A stretch of 64,000 nucleotides of DNA from positions 64,001 through 128,000 of the forward strand of contig JBHICG010000001.1 of NCBI GenBank assembly GCA_046759445.1, given 5' to 3'. This document shows, piece after piece, positions 32,493 to 42,089 of the stretch (position 1 is the first letter of the stretch; each line of letters begins with the position of its first letter). Both the position numbers and the translations under genes were made by a program. A model generated the notes under the pieces. That model searched no databases and was not told the DNA's origin. It saw only the letters and a list, made by a program, of their open reading frames with translations. This stretch comes from Candidatus Scalinduaceae bacterium (GTDB lineage Bacteria > Planctomycetota > Brocadiia > Brocadiales > Scalinduaceae).

Positions 32493-32789
32493 ATGAATAA
32501 ATTATTATCCATTGCAGTATGTTTGTTGACGATTTGTTGTATAGTCATGATTTTATCAGTTTCTTCTTATGCCTTTGTACATCATGGTAATCATCATAGC
32601 AATCTTGGAAACCACGACAAACATCATGGTTATGGTCATGCAAGACATCAAAGCCACGGATTACGGCAACATGGACATCATGGTCATCGATTCAGACACT
32701 ATGACTTTAAACATCACAGACAACATCAAAGGTTCGAACACCACAGAGCTTTTAGACATTACAGACATTACCATAATTCCTGTTTTTAG
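32493..32789 (+). CDS. Exported histidine-rich small protein
   Basis: Signal peptide (SYA) followed by about 70 aa with more than 20 His; AAGGA RBS. Confidence 0.75.
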   Translation: MNKLLSIAVCLLTICCIVMILSVSSYAFVHHGNHHSNLGNHDKHHGYGHARHQSHGLRQHGHHGHRFRHYDFKHHRQHQRFEHHRAFRHYRHYHNSCF

Positions 32790-32930
32790 GGCACAGTTAA
32801 CAATCGACAATTATGATACTGGCTATAAGTAAAAACATTACTATACTTCATTATTCATAAGATCACTAAAAATTGTCGTTAGTACAATCATTACTACAAA
32901 CAAACGGAAATTACACACAGAAACGAAACA

Positions 32931-33356
32931 ATGCCAAAGCTTTTTAGAGAAATTGAGAGACGGTCGGATAAGAGATTAGATCTCTCACTACCAATAAAAT
33001 TACTCGGTCACAAAGCTAAGTCTAAGAATATCAGTTCTAGTGGTGTTTATTTAGAAGTGGAAACAGATGTTGCTAAATTGTTTTCTCCCGGCAAAAAAAT
33101 AACGCTTGGAATAAATGCAAATATTTATACGCCCTGGCTCCCCAGCAAAACCGTCAGATTTACTACAAGAGGAGTAATTCTCAGGACAAACACAGTAGAA
33201 GGTACGGAGCATGATAGTGAAAAGAGGACAAAAAGATTGGAAATAGCCTTGAATTTTATTGAAAGGTTTAAGGTTATGTATAAAGATCATAATCATATGA
33301 ACGATTTAAAATCAACTCCGTGTTTTAATGCATTAAAGGACTTCTTAAAAGCTTAG
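32931..33356 (+). CDS. PilZ domain protein
   Basis: ERRSDKR (RxxxR) and NISSSG (D/NxSxxG). Confidence 0.8.
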   Translation: MPKLFREIERRSDKRLDLSLPIKLLGHKAKSKNISSSGVYLEVETDVAKLFSPGKKITLGINANIYTPWLPSKTVRFTTRGVILRTNTVEGTEHDSEKRTKRLEIALNFIERFKVMYKDHNHMNDLKSTPCFNALKDFLKA

Positions 33357-33395
33357 GACTTAATTAGTATCTAATTAATAAATGGGAAAATAAAA

Positions 33396-33725
33396 ATGGC
33401 AAATATAACAGTAGTAGCAAACGAAGAATTTGAGCAGACGGTTATTCAATCCGATGTGCCTGTTCTGGTTGACTTTTCTGCAGATTGGTGTGCACCTTGT
33501 AAGACACAAACACCTATTTTAGATGAACTATCCAGCGACTTCGATGGTAGGATTAAGTTTGCGAAGGTAGATATTGATGTAGATGGAAACAAAGAATTGG
33601 CTACGAAGTACGGCGTCTTATCCGTGCCAACTCTAATACTTTTTAGCAATGGTAAAATAAAGGATACTATGGTTGGCGTTACAAGCAAAAAGAAACTTGA
33701 ACAAAAATTTGAACAGGTTTTGTAG
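33396..33725 (+). CDS. trxA: Thioredoxin
   Basis: VLVDFSADWCAPCK, SVPTLILF. Confidence 0.93.
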   Translation: MANITVVANEEFEQTVIQSDVPVLVDFSADWCAPCKTQTPILDELSSDFDGRIKFAKVDIDVDGNKELATKYGVLSVPTLILFSNGKIKDTMVGVTSKKKLEQKFEQVL

Positions 33726-33737
33726 GAATAATATTAT

Positions 33738-34445
33738 ATGGAAGGTTTTTTGCAAGGTTTAGAAGGTTATCTCAGCGCATCACCATTTCTTGCTTACATA
33801 GCAGTCTTTTTGGGTGGTGTACTCACCAGCTTTACGCCCTGTGTATACCCGATGATACCGATAACGATTGCATATATAGGAGGACGTAGTGGTGAGTCAA
33901 GATTAAAGGGATTTTCCCTTTCGATTTTTTACGTAATAGGAATGGCAGCGACATACTCTGCTCTAGGAGCATTTGCAGCTTTGACAGGAAAACTTTTTGG
34001 CGCTGCCAGTACGAATCCTATACTCTACCTGGTCGTTGCTAATATCTTTATTTTTTTAGGCTTGTCAATGTTAGATGTCTTTGTCCTGCCTATACCTTCA
34101 TTTCTTGCGAGCAGACAACCTGGTAAGAAAGGTGGTGAGTACTTTGGAGCGTTTCTAGTAGGACTTCTTGCCGGAACGGTTGCAGCGCCATGTACAGCTC
34201 CTGTATTGGGGGTTGTCTTGACCTTTGTGGCGGCAAAACAAAATGTCATTTACGGCATGACCTTACTTTTCATCTTCTCCATAGGGTTGGGGACGCTCTT
34301 AATCATTGTAGGTACGTTTGCGGGTTTGATGTCGAGTATGCCCAAGACTGGGAAGTGGAGTGTGGCTATCAAAAAGTTTTTTGGTTGGGTAATGATAGGA
34401 ACAGGAGAATATTTTCTTATAACGGCAGGAAAATTATTGGTCTAA
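33738..34445 (+). CDS. ccdA: CcdA/DsbD transmembrane electron transporter
   Basis: SFTPCVYPMIP and AAPCTAP motifs. Confidence 0.9.
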   Translation: MEGFLQGLEGYLSASPFLAYIAVFLGGVLTSFTPCVYPMIPITIAYIGGRSGESRLKGFSLSIFYVIGMAATYSALGAFAALTGKLFGAASTNPILYLVVANIFIFLGLSMLDVFVLPIPSFLASRQPGKKGGEYFGAFLVGLLAGTVAAPCTAPVLGVVLTFVAAKQNVIYGMTLLFIFSIGLGTLLIIVGTFAGLMSSMPKTGKWSVAIKKFFGWVMIGTGEYFLITAGKLLV

Positions 34446-34454
34446 TTTGTATAA

Positions 34455-35150
34455 ATGATAAGTAAGATGAAGATACTTGGCATCAGTGGGAGTCCAAGAA
34501 AAAGTCAGACAACAGAGGGATTAGTTAGGACAATCCTGGATGCAACTGGTTTAGAGACAGAATTAATATCTTTACACGGCAAGAAGATTAATGGTTGTAT
34601 ATGTTGTCTGGGATGTGTTGAAGACAATATCTGTAAAGTCCAGGATGATTATATCCCCTTAATGCATAAGGTACTGGAAGCAGACGCTATCGTGATTGGT
34701 GCTGCCAATTATTTTGGCAGGCTTAATGCCCTCACACATTCATTTCTAGAACGACTTTACTGCTTCAGGCATAACAAGGATGGACATGGTGGTATGAGAC
34801 TTTCCGGTAAATTAGGGGCTATTGCTTCAGTAGGGGGCGGCGGGGAATGGGAAATGCCCGGAAGAGATAGTAAAATGTACGAGATTGCAGGAGAAGATGT
34901 TAGGGGATTTTTTGACTATAATGAGATTGAGCTTGTCGGAATCGTAGAGGCACAGGGTGCAGTACCATGCTTTTCGTGTGATTATGGTGAAGTCTGCAGT
35001 GTAAGCGGTGTAAAAGCTTTTTTTGGCAAGGGTGCAAAGATTACGCCCGAAATCATACCGTGTTTGGAAAAGCAGCCTGAAGTCGTAAATAAGGCAAAAA
35101 TGCTTGGAAATGCCTTGCACGATAGATTAAAAAATAAAGAAAAAATGTAA
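34455..35150 (+). CDS. Flavodoxin-family / iron-sulfur flavoprotein
   Basis: GISGSPRK, CICCLGC....C, extra CFSCDYGEVC motif. Confidence 0.88.
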   Translation: MISKMKILGISGSPRKSQTTEGLVRTILDATGLETELISLHGKKINGCICCLGCVEDNICKVQDDYIPLMHKVLEADAIVIGAANYFGRLNALTHSFLERLYCFRHNKDGHGGMRLSGKLGAIASVGGGGEWEMPGRDSKMYEIAGEDVRGFFDYNEIELVGIVEAQGAVPCFSCDYGEVCSVSGVKAFFGKGAKITPEIIPCLEKQPEVVNKAKMLGNALHDRLKNKEKM

Positions 35151-35369
35151 AACAATCTACGGATGTTTACCTCGTACCTCATAGATATTGCCAAATATGA
35201 CGAACAATTTCCCGACAACATTCCGCGAAACGGGAGCGGGCACAAAGAGGTGCGAGGTTTACATTAATGTTCCCATGTTGGATAGCAAACATCTAAGGGG
35301 TAAAAAAACCTTTATTTAAAAGTTTTTACTGATAGAATGATTACTTTTTGATTTTGAGATATATTTCGG

Positions 35370-35936
35370 ATGAAAAATTTTTTTATAAATTGTTATTTAA
35401 GAATCTTATTCACTGTTGGAATAGTCCTGTGCGGGATTCTCAATTTGGAATTGAAAGGTAAAGCTGCCTCTATTGGAAAACAGGCCCCCGAGTGGGTGAT
35501 TTCCGAATGGATTAATACTACAGGATTTACACTTGCGGATATGCGTGGAAAGGTTGTGGTGATTGACTTTTTCCAGCTCTGGTGTCCCGGTTGTAACAAT
35601 TTCTCCATACCCCTTATGGAGAAATGGAAACAAAAATATCGTGGTCATAAAGATATTCAATTGATTGGTATTCATACGGTCTTTGAGGGACATTCTCATC
35701 AAACACCAAAAAGATTACGCCAATACATCAAAGAAAAGAACATAGCTTACCCTGTAGGAATTGATGATCATGTATCAAATAAAAGAACACCAGAAACAAT
35801 GATTCGTTATCGTACTCGTGGAACTCCTGAAATGGCAGTCATTGATAAAGGGGGTAATATCCGTTTTCAGCATTTCGGTGGTTTTAATCCAGCAGTTGCA
35901 GAAAAGCTTATAGATGCACTTCTAGCCGAAAAGTAG
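35370..35936 (+). CDS. TlpA/peroxiredoxin-like redoxin
   Basis: FQLWCPGC, GIHTVFEGH, RGTP. Confidence 0.85.
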   Translation: MKNFFINCYLRILFTVGIVLCGILNLELKGKAASIGKQAPEWVISEWINTTGFTLADMRGKVVVIDFFQLWCPGCNNFSIPLMEKWKQKYRGHKDIQLIGIHTVFEGHSHQTPKRLRQYIKEKNIAYPVGIDDHVSNKRTPETMIRYRTRGTPEMAVIDKGGNIRFQHFGGFNPAVAEKLIDALLAEK

Positions 35937-36030
35937 CTTCGTACAATGCTGTGAAAAACAGCAGGAAATGTCTTAAGAGATATAAAACCCGTTAAGATAG
36001 TAAACGTGAGAATAACTATTTTAACCCTTT

Positions 36031-36104
36031 TGTCATTCCCGCGAAGGCAGGAATTCACACCCCTTTGTAACAATTGTGTCATTTCTCCTTTCGTAGGAAC
36101 GACA
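36031..36104. repeat. TGTCATTCCCGCGAA-type REP-like inverted pair
   Basis: tgtcattcccgcgaaggcaggaattc ... tttctcctttcgtaggaacgaca. Confidence 0.6.
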
Positions 36105-36155
36105 CACTTATTGTCTAAATATTTATTGTTTTCTATATAAAAACGAAATACTTTT

Positions 36156-36764
36156 ATGGATTATAAGTTTTTAATAAATACATACGAGACAGAGAGAATT
36201 AAGACTTTGAGTACATGGTGCACGTTCAAGGACGAGGACCTTCCTAAGCGTCCTCATCCCGGGGATAAACGCGGGAGAAATGCTCTTGAGCATATGGTTC
36301 ATCAGTGTATGAGTGAGAATAAATGGTTTACGGGCATGCTGGGTATTGATGTCGGTGCTCCCCCATTACCTGAAAAGGAAACACGTTTGGAGTTTATTAA
36401 GCGTTATGCTGAAGATTCAGAAAAACGGGTAGAGGCCTTAAAAGAGAAGGATAATAATTGGTGGGAAGAAGATGTCAAGTTCTTCGAATTTAATCGTTCA
36501 CGAGCATGAATTGTTACCAGAAGAATCACCCATACTGCACATCACCGAGGTCAACAGACTATGTTATTGCGAATGTTGGAACGTGAGATTTACAGCACTT
36601 ATGGTCCAACTGCTGATACAGGTGGTTTACAACAAAATAATGCGCTAACGATATATCCTTATCTTAATATAGAAACACTAATCAAAGAAGAAACAGCCGG
36701 TGGTGCCAAGGCTTCATTGCCAGGGCCTGGAGAAAAACCATGTACGGAACGACCTGAATCTTAA
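36156..36764 (+). pseudogene. DinB family protein interrupted by one in-frame TGA (36507-36509)
   Basis: ORFs 36156..36509 and 36561..36764 share a frame; read-through gives SRA*IVTRRITHTAHHRGQ, the DinB His motif. Confidence 0.8.
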
Positions 36765-36840
36765 TATGAAAACAAGGGACATCGTTGCATTACTTAGTAC
36801 TACATTTCATAAATACGGTTACGTATTGTCTTTCGAGCAA

Positions 36841-36874
36841 GAGATTCTTCGTCACTTCGATCCTCAGAATGACA
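36841..36874 (-). repeat. TGTCATTCTGA...GAAGAATCT REP-like palindrome
   Basis: Reverse complement tgtcattctgaggatcgaagtgacgaagaatctc; relatives at 40459 and 44969. Confidence 0.7.
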
Positions 36875-36965
36875 GTTAAAATACGTCACCGTATTTACAA
36901 ACAAGAGCACTTAGTCCCAGCCAATATAGTAAATATCTAAAAAAATAGGCAGATATAATCTTCTT

Positions 36966-39278
36966 ATGTGGAAATATAAGATAAACGTACTTATAATTAT
37001 AATTACGGCTACTTTTGGAAACACCATGGCAGAGGAAACAAAGGAAAAAGGTTGCCTGTTGTGTCATGAGAGGATCGATGTTATTAATGAGAAGATGCAA
37101 CCGTTTCTATTATTTTTTGCCGAACAAATATACGGAAGGGAAAACGGTTATGAATGTTCTATCTGCCACGAAGGAAATCCTTTATCCAGTGAGAAGAAAC
37201 AGTCACACAAAGGCTTGATACCAAACCCATCAAGTATGTGGGCGCTGCATGAGGGGAAGGGTTGTGCGAAATGCCACGACGGTAAAGGGAGCATTGTTAC
37301 ACTGATGGGGGTGCCTCTCAATCCTTCCGTTGGCGGGGAACTTATATGGCAACAATTCCTCTCTTCAGAGCCTTCCTGGTCTCTTGGAATAGATTATGTT
37401 TATAGGTTGTCAATGTCTCTGCATTCGTTAACAACAGGGATAGCAAGCAAGGTTTTGTCCTCTAATGGGGTAGTGCCCAAAGGGACATTCCCGTACGGCA
37501 ATTTCAATATGGAGGATACGGACGGATTATCTCCAAGGGTTGGTTCTGATAATTATAAAGAGTGGATCGATAAGGCAATAAAATCTGGCTTTATAAGAGC
37601 AGTTGAAAAGGTAGAGGAAATTCCAGATTTCAGAGAGGGTATCGCAGTTTTTGGTTCGGAAGAAAAAGCTGGTTTTTCAGACATATACAGAAAACAGTGC
37701 GGCAGATGTCATGTATGGGGTGAAGGCAGAAACAAAAGAGGTGATTTTAGGGCATCTGGATGTGCCGCTTGCCACGTGCTATACGGTAACGATGGCAAAT
37801 ACGAAGGTAATGATATAAATATCAGGAACAATGGAGACCGGCCACATCCATTAAAACATCGTATCACTACCGCCATTCCAGCGGCTCAGTGCACACATTG
37901 CCATACAAGGGGTAGAAGGATAGGGACAACCTTTATGGGAATGTTTGAATACGATTATGTAAGAGATGGCCATGCGCCTCCGTTTGATGAACAAGGAAAA
38001 ACTCAGGAACCATTATTTACAAAAGAGTATATGCACGTGAGAAAAGATGTACATTTTGAAAGAGGGATGCAGTGCGTGGACTGCCATACTTCTATTGATG
38101 TGCATGGAGATGGCAATATCTATCCTGTAACCGTATATCAGGTGGAGATTACTTGCTATGACTGTCACGGAACCCCTGAAAAATATCCCTGGGAACTCCC
38201 TGTAGGGTATGGGACACCTGTAACTCTGGATGGAAATAGAGGGGGTTATAAGCGCGAAAATAAAGAATACCTGTTTACCTCAAGAGGGAATGTAAAAGCA
38301 AACTGGTATAGAGAAGGAAAGAAGGCTTATGTGTTAAGTTTATATACGGGTAAAAAGCATGAAGTTACCTTACTCAAAGATGTAAAGTTGAATGATAGCT
38401 TTAAGACCCAACAGGGAAAAGTCGCTATGTCAACTATCCACATGCATATAGAAAAGATGGAATGTTACGCCTGCCATAGCACATGGACACCTCAATGCTT
38501 CGGATGCCATATGCAATATGATAGGAGAGTTAAGGGGACTGATTGGATAAGCACTTCTAAGACAATAGATTCAAAAACAGGCAGACAAACAGTAACAAAA
38601 GAATTTGGTAATCTATCTTTTGAAAATAGATCCTTTATGAGATGGGAAAATCCTATATTGGGTATAAATTTTAGAGGAAAGGCCTCTCCCCTTGCTCCCG
38701 GATGCCAGGTTTTTTATACCTTTATTGATGAGGAAGGAGATGTCAAGGCGCTAAATAAATTTTATACCACGTCCACAGGCCATAATTCTCCTACATTAGC
38801 CCCTATGCAACCTCACTCCATAAGCCTTGTTGCCAGAACTTGTGAAGACTGCCATGCAAACCCCAAGGCCATAGGATATGGCACAGGCAATTCAAGAAGT
38901 GCAGAAAAACTCATGGGTGACAGTCCTCTATTCCAGGATCTTTCTAAAGGAGTATATGGGGATATTCCAGGCGCAAAGACTGGAATATGGCAGGTTTCAA
39001 AAATAGAGAATTTCCCGTATGCTCTGGATCAATTGGTCGTAAGAAGTGGGAAGCAAACGCAGAATATGCCTCTGCCCGAAGATAGGCCGTTAAACCATGA
39101 GGAAAGGCATCATGTTGAGAGAGAGGGTTTATGCATAGGATGCCATCAATATCAAGGAACCCCTGGATGGGAGAGAATAGTTAAAAAATATGGAAAAGCA
39201 AGTACTGCGGAACAGCATGAGAAGATAGTTTCAGAGGCAATTAAGAGTTTTATGGAGAAAAGTAAACTAATCCCTTAA
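36966..39278 (+). CDS. Multiheme cytochrome c (12 CXXCH motifs)
   Basis: CLLCH, CSICH, CAKCH, CGRCH, CAACH, CTHCH, CVDCH, CYDCH, CYACH, CFGCH, CEDCH, CIGCH; signal peptide. Confidence 0.93.
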   Translation: MWKYKINVLIIIITATFGNTMAEETKEKGCLLCHERIDVINEKMQPFLLFFAEQIYGRENGYECSICHEGNPLSSEKKQSHKGLIPNPSSMWALHEGKGCAKCHDGKGSIVTLMGVPLNPSVGGELIWQQFLSSEPSWSLGIDYVYRLSMSLHSLTTGIASKVLSSNGVVPKGTFPYGNFNMEDTDGLSPRVGSDNYKEWIDKAIKSGFIRAVEKVEEIPDFREGIAVFGSEEKAGFSDIYRKQCGRCHVWGEGRNKRGDFRASGCAACHVLYGNDGKYEGNDINIRNNGDRPHPLKHRITTAIPAAQCTHCHTRGRRIGTTFMGMFEYDYVRDGHAPPFDEQGKTQEPLFTKEYMHVRKDVHFERGMQCVDCHTSIDVHGDGNIYPVTVYQVEITCYDCHGTPEKYPWELPVGYGTPVTLDGNRGGYKRENKEYLFTSRGNVKANWYREGKKAYVLSLYTGKKHEVTLLKDVKLNDSFKTQQGKVAMSTIHMHIEKMECYACHSTWTPQCFGCHMQYDRRVKGTDWISTSKTIDSKTGRQTVTKEFGNLSFENRSFMRWENPILGINFRGKASPLAPGCQVFYTFIDEEGDVKALNKFYTTSTGHNSPTLAPMQPHSISLVARTCEDCHANPKAIGYGTGNSRSAEKLMGDSPLFQDLSKGVYGDIPGAKTGIWQVSKIENFPYALDQLVVRSGKQTQNMPLPEDRPLNHEERHHVEREGLCIGCHQYQGTPGWERIVKKYGKASTAEQHEKIVSEAIKSFMEKSKLIP

Positions 39279-39297
39279 ATATAGATAAAACATTTTT

Positions 39298-40425
39298 ATG
39301 GCAATATTAATAATCCTTTTCCTGACTACGTGTTTTCTTGCATACTCAAACGGTGCTAATGATAACTTTAAGGGAGTAGCTACGCTCTTTGGTAGCAGAA
39401 CTACTAATTATAAAAACGCCATTCGGTGGGCGACTATTACGACTTTTGCAGGTTCGGTGGGTTCGGTATTCTTTGCTCACGCCCTTGTAAAGACCTTTTC
39501 TGGAAAGGGGTTGGTACCACAGGATATCTCTATATCACCTGAATTTCTTACCGCGGTGGCAATCGGTGCCGCTATTACGGTCATGGTTGCGACGGTTACG
39601 GGTTTCCCCATATCAACCACACACAGTCTTACGGGCGCCCTCGTTGGCGCTGGGTTTATGGCCATAGGCTCGGAGGTTAACTTTACCGTCTTGGGCAGCT
39701 CTTTTTTTCTTCCACTTTTACTCAGTCCCTTTATCGCAACAGCAATTGGCGGAATTCTTTATATTTTATTCCGAAGTATTCGCATTCGTTCTGGTATTAC
39801 AAAGGAGTGGTGTCTTTGTATTGGCGAGCAGAAGGAAATAATACCCTCTACCCAGCCAGTTGCTATCCTTGCAGCAAAATGTGGGAATTCCATCGATGCG
39901 ACAATTGATAAAAGTCAAAACTGTATAGAAACCTATAAAGGAAATTTCCTGGGCATGAATTGCCAGAAGATGTTAGATTATCTGCACTTTTGTTCTGCTG
40001 GCATTGTGAGTTTTGCCAGAGGCTTAAATGATACACCAAAGATTGTAGCACTTTTATTATTAATCAAGGGTCTGGCAATACACTGGGGTATGCTGGCTGT
40101 CGCTGTTGGTATGGCGCTAGGCGGACTTTTAAATGCCCGCAAAGTCGCCGAAACTATGAGTAACAAAATCACAAGGCTTAATCACGGTCAGGGCTTTACA
40201 GCAAACCTTGTTACTGGTATACTTGTTATATTTGCCAGTAAGTTTGGAATGCCAGTATCTACGACACACGTATCAGTAGGGTCGCTCTTCGGTATAGGCT
40301 TGGCTACTAAGCACATAAACACTCATAAAGTACTAGAAATAATTTTATCGTGGTTCATAACACTGCCCTTAGCTGCTATATTCAGCGGCGGCGCTTATTG
40401 GATATTAGTCAGATTTGCGAATTAA
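39298..40425 (+). CDS. PiT family inorganic phosphate/anion transporter
   Basis: NGAND, PISTTHS, GLND and PVSTTH signature repeats. Confidence 0.92.
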   Translation: MAILIILFLTTCFLAYSNGANDNFKGVATLFGSRTTNYKNAIRWATITTFAGSVGSVFFAHALVKTFSGKGLVPQDISISPEFLTAVAIGAAITVMVATVTGFPISTTHSLTGALVGAGFMAIGSEVNFTVLGSSFFLPLLLSPFIATAIGGILYILFRSIRIRSGITKEWCLCIGEQKEIIPSTQPVAILAAKCGNSIDATIDKSQNCIETYKGNFLGMNCQKMLDYLHFCSAGIVSFARGLNDTPKIVALLLLIKGLAIHWGMLAVAVGMALGGLLNARKVAETMSNKITRLNHGQGFTANLVTGILVIFASKFGMPVSTTHVSVGSLFGIGLATKHINTHKVLEIILSWFITLPLAAIFSGGAYWILVRFAN

Positions 40426-40458
40426 TCTAGGAAGGATATTTAACACTCGGCAACACTT

Positions 40459-40490
40459 TGTCATTCTGAAGAGGAACGACGAAGAATCTC
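40459..40490 (+). repeat. TGTCATTCTGA...GAAGAATCT REP-like palindrome
   Basis: tgtcattctgaagaggaacgacgaagaatctc. Confidence 0.7.
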
Positions 40491-40577
40491 ACGATATAGG
40501 GGCGTATGACAACCCGCCCGAATAGGTACATGCGGGTACGCCCTCACATACACAAGCCTTGTAGCTAATCAACAATT

Positions 40578-42089
40578 ATGGATAAAATGTTTTTAATAAT
40601 AATCCTTATTTTCTACTGTCCTGCAGCATTATGGTTGTTCCTCTATGGCATTAACAATTATTATATGGTTTATCTTTTTTTAAGTAAAAGGAAGAAAGAA
40701 GCATCTCAAAATGCTGAATTCCTCAAACGGTTCTGGTCTACTCATGGCAAATACAAGTTGCCAAAAGTTACTACACAATTACCCATATATAATGAAAGAT
40801 ACGTAGTAAAACGTTTAATTAAGGCGGTTGTGAATCTTGATTATCCGAAGGAACTACACGAAATTCAGATACTGGACGATTCTAATGATGAAACGAGAGA
40901 TATAGTAGCTGATCTGGTTAATAAATACAGTAAAAAGGGATTCAACATAAAACAAATCATCAGAGAAAATAGAATTGGGTTTAAGGCAGGTGCCTTAAAT
41001 AAAGGACACGAAGAAGCTGAAGGTGAGTTTCTGGCAATCTTTGATGCTGACTTTGTGCCTGATAAAAACTTTTTTTATGAAACCATCCCTTTCTTTTACG
41101 AAAAAGAAAAAGTTGCCCTTGTCCAGACACGGTGGGGACACATAAATAGAAATTACTCTCTCCTAACAATTGCCCAGAGTATTGGCATGGATGGACACTT
41201 TATTATTGAACAGGGCGCCAGGACATGGAACGGCCTTTATATGAACTTTAATGGGACTGCTGGAATCTGGAGGAAAGAGGCAATCGTTGATGCTGGAGGG
41301 TGGCATTATGATACTTTAACTGAGGATTTAGATTTATCATACAGGGCACAATTAAAAGGATGGAATACAAAATTTCTTTTTGATGTAGTAACGCCTTCAG
41401 AGTTACCCGTGGATATGAATGCCTATAAGTCCCAACAGCATAGATGGGCTAAAGGCTCAATACAAACTGCCAAGAAGGTTTTGCCACAGATATTTAAGAC
41501 GAAAGATAGTTTTACAAAGAAGATTGAGGCATTTATACACCTCAACCAGTATATGGTACACCCTATGATGATCGTCCTTGCCTTACTATCCCTTCCATTA
41601 ATAATCTTATTAAAACCATTAGTAATCTCTATTTCTAGTACAATGGTAGCCCTGTTGCTTCTAATATTCCTGGGAGCCTCTGCACCATCATTTCTTTATA
41701 TAGTATCTCAGAAGGTAGGTTATAGGGATTGGTGGAAAAGATGTTTGTTTATACCTGCGCTTATGTTTATCGGATGTGGAGTTGCCATCAATAACACAAA
41801 GGCTGTGCTTGAAGCATTATTTAACATTAAGAGTGATTTTGTTAGAACGCCGAAGTACGGTGTTATCAGAAGAGGAAAGAACATAATAGCAAAAAATTAT
41901 ACTTTACCAGTAAAGTTATTCTTTGTCAGTGAAATACTCTTAAGTATATATTGTTTTATTGGATTCATACAATATACAAACGACAAGAAGTTTGTCTTTG
42001 GGCCTTTTCTATTAATGTATGCAATAGGGTTTTTCTACGTAGGCATACTGTCTCTTTTGCAAAAATTTAATGAGAAAATAAAATGCTGA
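40578..42089 (+). CDS. Membrane GT2 glycosyltransferase, cellulose-synthase-like
   Basis: QLPIYNE, LDDS, GFKAGAL, FDADF, TEDLD, QQHRW, FVRTPK. Confidence 0.93.
   Translation: MDKMFLIIILIFYCPAALWLFLYGINNYYMVYLFLSKRKKEASQNAEFLKRFWSTHGKYKLPKVTTQLPIYNERYVVKRLIKAVVNLDYPKELHEIQILDDSNDETRDIVADLVNKYSKKGFNIKQIIRENRIGFKAGALNKGHEEAEGEFLAIFDADFVPDKNFFYETIPFFYEKEKVALVQTRWGHINRNYSLLTIAQSIGMDGHFIIEQGARTWNGLYMNFNGTAGIWRKEAIVDAGGWHYDTLTEDLDLSYRAQLKGWNTKFLFDVVTPSELPVDMNAYKSQQHRWAKGSIQTAKKVLPQIFKTKDSFTKKIEAFIHLNQYMVHPMMIVLALLSLPLIILLKPLVISISSTMVALLLLIFLGASAPSFLYIVSQKVGYRDWWKRCLFIPALMFIGCGVAINNTKAVLEALFNIKSDFVRTPKYGVIRRGKNIIAKNYTLPVKLFFVSEILLSIYCFIGFIQYTNDKKFVFGPFLLMYAIGFFYVGILSLLQKFNEKIKC

Noticed and set aside
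35169..35262. Resemblance to a c-di-GMP-I riboswitch (GAAA loop, CACAAAG)
   Set aside because: The match is loose; an enclosing IR (acctcgtacctc/gaggtgcgaggt) fits a REP-like hairpin better. An Rfam scan would settle it
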